A DNA stretch of 56,076 nucleotides, counting the filler, from Sphacelaria rigidula (lineage: Eukaryota), in assembly GCA_964200075.2 (NCBI GenBank). It is 3 parts of 3 records of this genome, joined end to end, with 100 filler letters (N's around TTAATTAATTAA, not from the genome) between each part and the next. Parts side by side here need not be neighbours in the genome. Positions count along the whole stretch, not along the records: positions 37,458 to 56,076 come from CAXNAA020000825.1; 2 more parts are not named here. The stretch is one strand, 5' to 3'. A model generated the notes under the pieces. It had not been told where the DNA came from and ran no database searches. It worked only from the letters and a program-made list of their open reading frames with translations. Numbering within the stretch: the first letter of the stretch is position 1; each line of letters starts with the position of its first letter. This document shows, piece after piece, positions 48,981-56,076 of this stretch. A program made the position numbers and the translations under genes.

Positions 48981-51900
48981 GGTAAGAGAGCTCATGGACA
49001 CCTAGGTACCCTCACGAAGTGCGCATGTCCTAATATTTTGTCGTTCTCTTCTCGACAGAGGGTGCGCCTGTTCTCTGATTTGTTGCTGGAAAATGTGCGA
49101 CATGGACCTACCCTAGTGCGACTGTTGCCGGCGATGGCGTGGCCATCTGTGCTGTCAAAGCCTCAGGTGTTCAGTTAGCTGTGTGTGCGGAACAAACCCA
49201 GAAGGTACTCTACAACACCTTAGTTCGCTTTCATCTTCTTTCGACAGAGAAGGCAGCAGCTACTGCTTCGTTCTGCCTGAGACGATATACGTGTCGAGTT
49301 TTCACCAACTCAAGATACTTTCGGTTTTCCGGTGAAAGTACCCACCATTCGTGTTGAAAGTTATGTATCAGCTGGAAGTATCTTTTTTTCATCGCTTGGT
49401 GCCGCAAGCCCGTGTGTGCATGCGTTCGACCGCACACACATCAATAGAGATAGCTTTACAGGTCGAAAACAATCAAAATACCAAGTACTCGAAAGTTTAT
49501 CGCGACTTCCATCGTCGTTGAGGCGAACTATGAACCATGTCCTCCACACACCCTTCTCTCTCCGTCACCCGTTGTCGGCCCGCGAAAAATCAACCAGTAC
49601 ATGACATTCAATAACGAAACGGTGCCCAGACCCGTCTATTTCTCATTGAAAGAGATGACATTTTTATATAAAACGACACGTCAACGCAGCACAAGGAAAA
49701 AAAAGCCTCACACACAAAACAACCACACGAAACTCAACACACCGCACCACTTCCCCCGCTGTGTATCCCGTCTTTGATTTTGATCCTCTCAAATAAAGTA
49801 CACCCACAGACCCAAGCTACGTTCACGTAGGTGCAAACCCAAAATTTCACGGATGAACTTCACGTGTCAGTGTTCCGTGGAGATCGCGTCTGTGCGTGGG
49901 GTGTCTGTTTTTTTTATCGGGCGGCATCAAGCCTTCCGCCATCACTTCCCCGTCCTTGGGGTCCCTTATGCGCCGCCTTTGATCTCTCGAGCCCCGCTTT
50001 TGTCCATGGCAGCCTCGAAAGTGGTCGATTCAATCATGGCGTTCGGTGCAGCCGTGTGCTGGCCCTGCAGTTGTGATTTTCTGACCTCGAGACACCGACA
50101 GCATCTTTTATTGCCTTCGTTCATTCATTCGTTCGTTCGTTCACACGTACACACATACAGTTGGGCCGAGCAGAAAATGCACTTCGTGTCGGCCGTTTTG
50201 GCGAAACTTTTCCCCCAGGTCGAGTTATCCCATGCCGAACTAAACTGTCCATGGTTGATCACCCGCTATGTGTTTTCCACACACCATGAGCTTGTGGGCC
50301 TCTTGGAGCTCTTCAGTGCTCTAATTCTTCCAACGCACCCAACAATCTGATACCCAACAATACAACTGAGAACAACTGACGTGCCGTGGTTTAACTGCAA
50401 GACGGGATACTAATGAGTATATCATGCTTTCAAAGGTTGCAGGCCTTGTGAATTTGATATGGCTATTTCAAGTATGCCCCTCTCTTTTTCGTTGACCGCG
50501 TGAAACATGTTGGTCTGCAGCTTGTCTATCGCTTCCCCCCCCCCGCCCCCCGCCCCCCCGCCCCCCACAAGTCATTTTCGTAGAAGAGCCTCCGGTTTTT
50601 GCGGAATCCCACAATGGGCCACTCTTTACCGTTCTACCCCACCTGCTGCACTTGCCGCTCATGTCTCACCTTGTCTCGGGCGTGCGTAAAACAGCTTGTG
50701 AGATTTCGAGTTACGTCGCGGGAGTGGGCACAGTTATTTATTTCCTGATCTTGCTTCGGACGACAAGAGAAATCGTATGCTGTGGTGAAATTGCGTGTTG
50801 AACAGTACGGCGATGCTGTCTGCATCAGCGGCATTCAGCACTACGGCTACCACAACTACAGTGCATCTTTCCTGTTGCCGCGGGCTCCTGTTTTGCCCAT
50901 GTTCGTCCCCTTTGGCTTTTCGCCAGCAACCGATCCTGCACAGAGTTGATTTTTCCATCAGGAAGTCTAACTCAGGCTTGTATGCTGAGATTGATGCCCG
51001 AAGTAAACAGCTGTGTGGGGTGTCGCTCACCGCGTTTCAGTGTTCAACACATTGATTCTATTACAGTAGTCGTGCCTGAACAGCAGAGAGCCAACACACA
51101 AATGCTCTGCCAGGTCTTGCCATGCCATGGCCGTGACGTGAAGCCACAGAACTACAGACAGGATACAACCCTGTGTACGCTTGTCCGGAAGCTGGTGTGC
51201 ACAGATCAAACGGCGGTGTGAAGCAATTTGAGAAATTGTTGCAGATTGCGACTGCCAGAGTACAGGACCGGTATCGTGCAGAGTGGATCCTTATAAACAA
51301 ACATGACGGCCTGGGCCATTATTGTGGCCAGCTGCATCAATTTCTTCTAGGGCTTCAACGCAGTCCTCTATCCCAGCGTTTTTCATCCCCGCCTACCCAC
51401 CTCCTTCCCAGCTGCAGTTCTTTTTTGTTCCTAAATATACGAAGAATCGTTTGCGGTCATTTTGCTCCTGCTGCTGGATCGGGGAGTATGTTCTACCCAG
51501 CGACGGCAAGATAGGATTCAGTGCGATATGCGGGAATGCTCCTTGTCCCGGACGCTCTTGTAGAGTTGATGTTGCCGGGCGTAGCTGGGCTCGACGCTGT
51601 CTTCTTTCTCCAAGTCTCTTCAGCGTTTCTATGTACATGATTGAGCACATGTTATATCGGCCCCATAGCTGGCTATCATGATGGCATCAACTTCACCTGT
51701 AAGGTGCATCCACGGCGCAAAAGGCGTGACGACCTGTATCCTACAGAAAGTTCAGAATTTCACTCATGATGTAGGAAGTTCTTTTCGAACCACCTCTTCT
51801 CAAAATACGAGGAAATACGGAGTGTCGCACGTGGGGCCGCGGGCGTTCAGCGTCGCCTGGAGGGGGGGAGAATGAATCGAGCTACTGTATCAAAAATTGA

Positions 51901-53433
51901 GGACAGAGTAGGATAGACGTGCTCTACATTGTGGTCTTACATTTGTTTCACCATGTGTTTGATACATCCGCGCATCTGAGATTTATTTACACATGCTTTT
52001 CGTGGGGCGGCGTGCCTCTAGCTGCAGCAGGTTGATGGTGGCTCATTCGCCGACTCGCCGCATGCAAAATCCTTGTAAACGATAGGTAGCGGCATGAGGC
52101 TGGTCGAGTGGATTCACATGGACGGGTGTATTCCCGCAAGGCAACCCCTGACGTCATGACGGCAACCCCTGACAGTCCGATTTGCTATCTCTCTCTCTTT
52201 CTCACTCTCTCTTCTTTCACCTCTTATGGTATCTGCGCTTTGAGTCCCATAAAGGAACGACCTTTGATCTTCAACCATGCACATGTGTAAACACCGGACT
52301 GATGTCAGCAGAAAGTGTACACTGTTTCACGGGTCAACCGTGTTGACTGTACATTTACCGGTGGCATAACCTCTCATACGCCTATCGGTGCCTTTTTCAT
52401 TTGCCTTGGCTATATCGTCGGAAACGCGCGCGCTGCAAAGCGATACAGACAGTACAGTACGCACATTTACAGGTGGGACAAGTGCGCTAGATTTCGGAGT
52501 GATTACCGTCGGAGAGCGCCAAGAGTCAGACTCCTTGAAATTATTATTCTTCGAAGATAGCTTTCAAAAACGCGGGACGTTTAACCCTTTCGGCGCTGAA
52601 GAGGGCGCAAAAAGCCGAGAAGAAATACTGCACGGTTTTATTACCGTTTTTACTGAGCAGGTTTGAATCATTTCATTATTTCTTGTCTTGCAGCGGCGAT
52701 TTCAAATGTTTACCCTTTCATCGAGAGGGTAGGTCATCAGGTTACACATGGATTTCTCACGTGAACTTGATGCTGATTCAACACACGATCTATTCTCGCG
52801 GTCAGAGGATTGACCAAATGGTGTCAGGAATATCTAGTCGGTTCACATGTCTCGCACCCTTTTCACAGCCTCTCGCCTCCCCTCTCCCCCTTCCCCTCGC
52901 CCTATAGAAGATGGTGCGATGATGTAAAGTTAGCAGCCACATGTCGAGTTGTGGTCCCCGCGACGAGCATACATTTTTCACGTTTCTCTCGAAGCTTGTT
53001 CGAAATTTACTTCATGTTTGGGCTGTGCTTTGCTTCTTCTACATGGAAGAAACATGTTTTTTTTTTTCTTCTACAAATCAAGACCACTAAGAGGGGGGCA
53101 GGGGGTATTTCATCTCGTTCGCGTTGAAGAGGCTGTGTGATCCAAACAATCTAACCCTTGCCTTTTTGATCATGTGGTGGTGTGCAAACTGTGAAGTTGG
53201 GACTTGTGTCTCTTGATATCGGTTGACGTGGCGAGGAACGAATCCGCGGGCCATTTCAGCCTAGTCTGGGTGTCCTCATCTTTGTAACCTCTCCCCGTCC
53301 CCCCTTTTTCTGGCACATGATGTTGTCCAGACACTCCGACATTCAAGAGCATGTTTTACCCCCCTTCCCGAATGATAACTGTAATCGAGGGTAAGAATCC
53401 AACCCCTAGTTTTGGATGGGTAAAAGCCCCTCC

Positions 53434-53500
53434 GAGCTCCGTCCCGGCTGTGTAGGGATGCATGATGACTATGGCATGCATGATCATGAGTGCACCCCCC
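53434..53500 (+). mobile_element. Oligo(C)-tailed retroposon-like fragment, family B (sense orientation)
   Basis: GCTCCGTCCCGGCTGTGTAGGGATGC..ATGACTATGGCATGCATGATCATGAGTGCACCCCC. CCCCTCCG occurs on both sides (possible short TSD). Confidence 0.78.
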
Positions 53501-55243
53501 GCCCCTCCCCTCCGCCAAATAACCCGGCAATATTGGCCCGAAAGATCTTGTCCCGTCCCAACAGGTTGGTGTCAATCAATTCTCAGCGCGTGGTGCTCCT
53601 TCCCCTCATGTATTCTATGATATGTAATCATGTCTTGAGCGATGCTTTCGCCTTTCTTCTGTCTCAATCTCGTCTTCACTCCGGAATGTGTTTGTGTGTG
53701 TCGTGCACGTCTGCAGCTGCCGATTATCCTGTCGGCCATGGTGGTGGTGCTTTCGTGGCTAGCCGGTGAGTTGAAGCACATGTCCGTGTGCCATTAGCGT
53801 TTGGGTTGCCTGCAGGCTAGGTTCGCACAGTAGAGTATGACAAACGCAGCGGAACGGCAGGAGCTGAGGATTTGAGTGCGTGGATTTGCGGCGGGTCATC
53901 GTCAGGGTAGGTCAGGGCTGACCAGAGAGGGCTGTATCCTCATTGGTATCGTTCGTTTAACCGTTCAGGATGGAAGAGCCCCTCTTGCACAATTGTTTGC
54001 CCAAGACTACTCCGAAAATTCAATCTTCTACCCTGTCAGAGAACTGAAGGATTCGCCCCCACAGCAGCAGCGCCACTGCAACGGTCTATCGAGAGAGGGG
54101 GAGAGCTACCCCGCTCCCAGCACCCGAGTGCTTCCTTTGGGGTCAGGAATACATTAGCGTTTCCTCGGATTGTGAACTGTACACAAGTTTTTGAAATACT
54201 TTTTTTTTCTCTAGTGTGGCCCTGCTTGCTCTGTCGCTTGTCCCATTGCTAGCTTAGCTTTAGCCCCTTCAACCAGCGCTACCGACAATGGTTGTCCCGT
54301 CGAGCAAACGAAAACCACAAAATGGGATCGAAAATCCATTCGTCTCTTGAGAAGCACGACATGGAATATTTTGCTTGTACGAGGCGTCAACAGGTCTTGC
54401 CACATGTTCATGGAATTGATTGTATGACTATTTAGCAACACTCATGGTCGAGCTCACGAGGCATGGGCGTTGAGTGACATCCCATCATTTTTCTTGGAAC
54501 AAAGTGGGCCAAGTGATCACAGTTCCTGTCAAGAGTTGAACTACTGTTTTCGAGAAGGGCTGTCCTCCTTTCGGGTCGCCCCCTCAGTATTCGTGGTGGG
54601 AACATGTTGTACTGGGTATTGTTACGTCCTAACTGTGATGCGAAGCCAAAGTCGAAGTCGAACCCAGGGCGGATCGAGAGAATATCCGGCAAGGAGTTCT
54701 TCACAGGGTGCTCCTGCAAAGTGTGGTGGAAGAGGTCAGCGCCGATATGAGGGGGAACCGGGGGGGGGGGCGGAGCGTGAGTCATGCTACGCTCTGTGAG
54801 GGGCGCTTGGAACTCTCAGCCCCCTGAAGATTCAAAATAGGACCGACTTTTCATGTATCTCAACCATGGACTTGATGAGACAAACTCGGATCAACTTCGA
54901 TCTTTGCTCAACAAAGAAATATCTACCGAACTGCTGTCTGTTTTTTTCGGCTTTTTTTTTTAGCAATTCCATTTTCTCCGCGTGCTGTGGCTCAGTGTAT
55001 GATAAGCAAGCGCAAGGAGTGTAGTGTGTGAAATTTGGGAAGTTTATGCTCACGGAGGGGAACGCCATGGTTGGAGCACGAGTACAAGTAGCGGGCGACT
55101 GTCTCGGTCACATGCGTAATGGTATCTTTGCGTCAGATTGTCTTCACTGCGGGAACTGCAGTAGCTGCTGCAAGTTTGTTTTTTTTGTCTTGTCGCGAGT
55201 GCTCCGTGGAAGCGAAATCTGTAGTTTTGTCTTGGTGCTGTCT

Positions 55244-55284
55244 GCTGGGGGATCAGTTAAGGTGCGGCAATCCATCCATCAATC
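55244..55284 (+). mobile_element. Short retroposon 3' end with degenerate (CAAT)n tail
   Basis: GGGGGATCAGTTAAGGTGCGGCAATCCATCCATCAATC, related to 15811-15865. Confidence 0.55.
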
Positions 55285-55969
55285 TGCTGATGTTAGCTAT
55301 CGCCCTTAAGTTCATGTTCAAATAAACAGACAAGAAATATGAGAACAACTGGTGCAAAAGTACCGCCTTACGGCAGCCAGCACGAGGCACATAGACAGCG
55401 CATGTGGCGAAAGGGCTCCCAACCGCAGCAGGAACAGCACCAAAACAAACCGAGGAGGAGACGTACACAACGTATGTCAGTACACACAGTCGCAACATCC
55501 ATCTGGCATATGGGTATCCATGTGGCTTGTCGGCGTCCACCTACTTGAACTGCCGATAACAGCTTCCTCGAGAAACCCCCCTGAAGACGTGGTTCGGTGG
55601 CTACTATGTAATGCGAGTATGACAAGCTACTGTTGCTGGACGGGGTTGAAACGGTGCGAGGTCCGATTGCACGCCTTCCTCCCTTAGTTACAGCCCGAAG
55701 CGCGGGAGAGGTGATGAAGTACAGTCGAAGCGCATGCGCGTTTTACACACTCAACGTGTTGAGATTTGAGAACAGTTGTTGTTGCTTGTGTTTGTTGGGG
55801 CGGCGCTGTGGCCCGGCTCTTGTACGCGAAGGAAAATCTGCTTGAGCTCGCATATGCCGTAGGTGCCGTATGAGAAAAAGCACCGCGCCAAGTTACAAAA
55901 TCAGCACACTCATGGTTGGCCCTGGTCGTTTTTCCGAAGCTATCGTGATCGTAACCTCTTCCATCCGTT

Positions 55970-56008
<39 letters not shown>

Positions 56009-56076
56009 ATCCCCCCCCATACCCCCCGCGCGCCCGCCCTCCTCACCTCGCGCGCTCGGTCGCTCTACAGAACAGG

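Noticed and set aside
52581-52600. TTAA-CCCTTT possible piggyBac left end
   Set aside because: No matching right end was found in the scaffold, and it is too short to call.
49850-55100. Scattered protein-like frames with stops (49950-51350, 54300-54720)
   Set aside because: They could be decayed gene or transposon fragments, but I cannot identify a family or a coherent exon chain.

Overview
This is repeat-rich eukaryotic DNA with kb-sized introns. Gene and repeat style suggests a stramenopile, probably a brown alga (inference). The window is not one locus: two identical 100-nt spacers (N44-TTAATTAATTAA-N44) join three scaffolds of 18634, 18623 and 18619 nt, in descending size order. Each scaffold carries one partial spliced gene that I rebuilt by hand from splice sites and phase. 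Scaffold 1 has an IQ-motif protein (+). Scaffold 2 has tRNA:m4X methyltransferase TRM13 (-), with six exons, two frame-required GC-AG introns and a probable third. Scaffold 3 has the first two exons of a TMEM63/OSCA-TMC-type membrane protein (-). The rest is mostly mobile DNA: a tRNA-headed SINE family, foldback MITEs, two inverted copies of a 1.1-kb TA-flanked TIR element, a piggyBac-like end-TTAA-end junction between two 42/84-bp higher-order arrays, and several retroposon 3' tails. The most unusual signal is a pair of related, 5'-truncated retroposon-like families that end in oligo(C) rather than poly(A). Two copies have 15-16 bp target-site duplications ending in GGGGG, which suggests G-tract-primed retrotransposition. 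Most ORFs in the supplied track are spurious.
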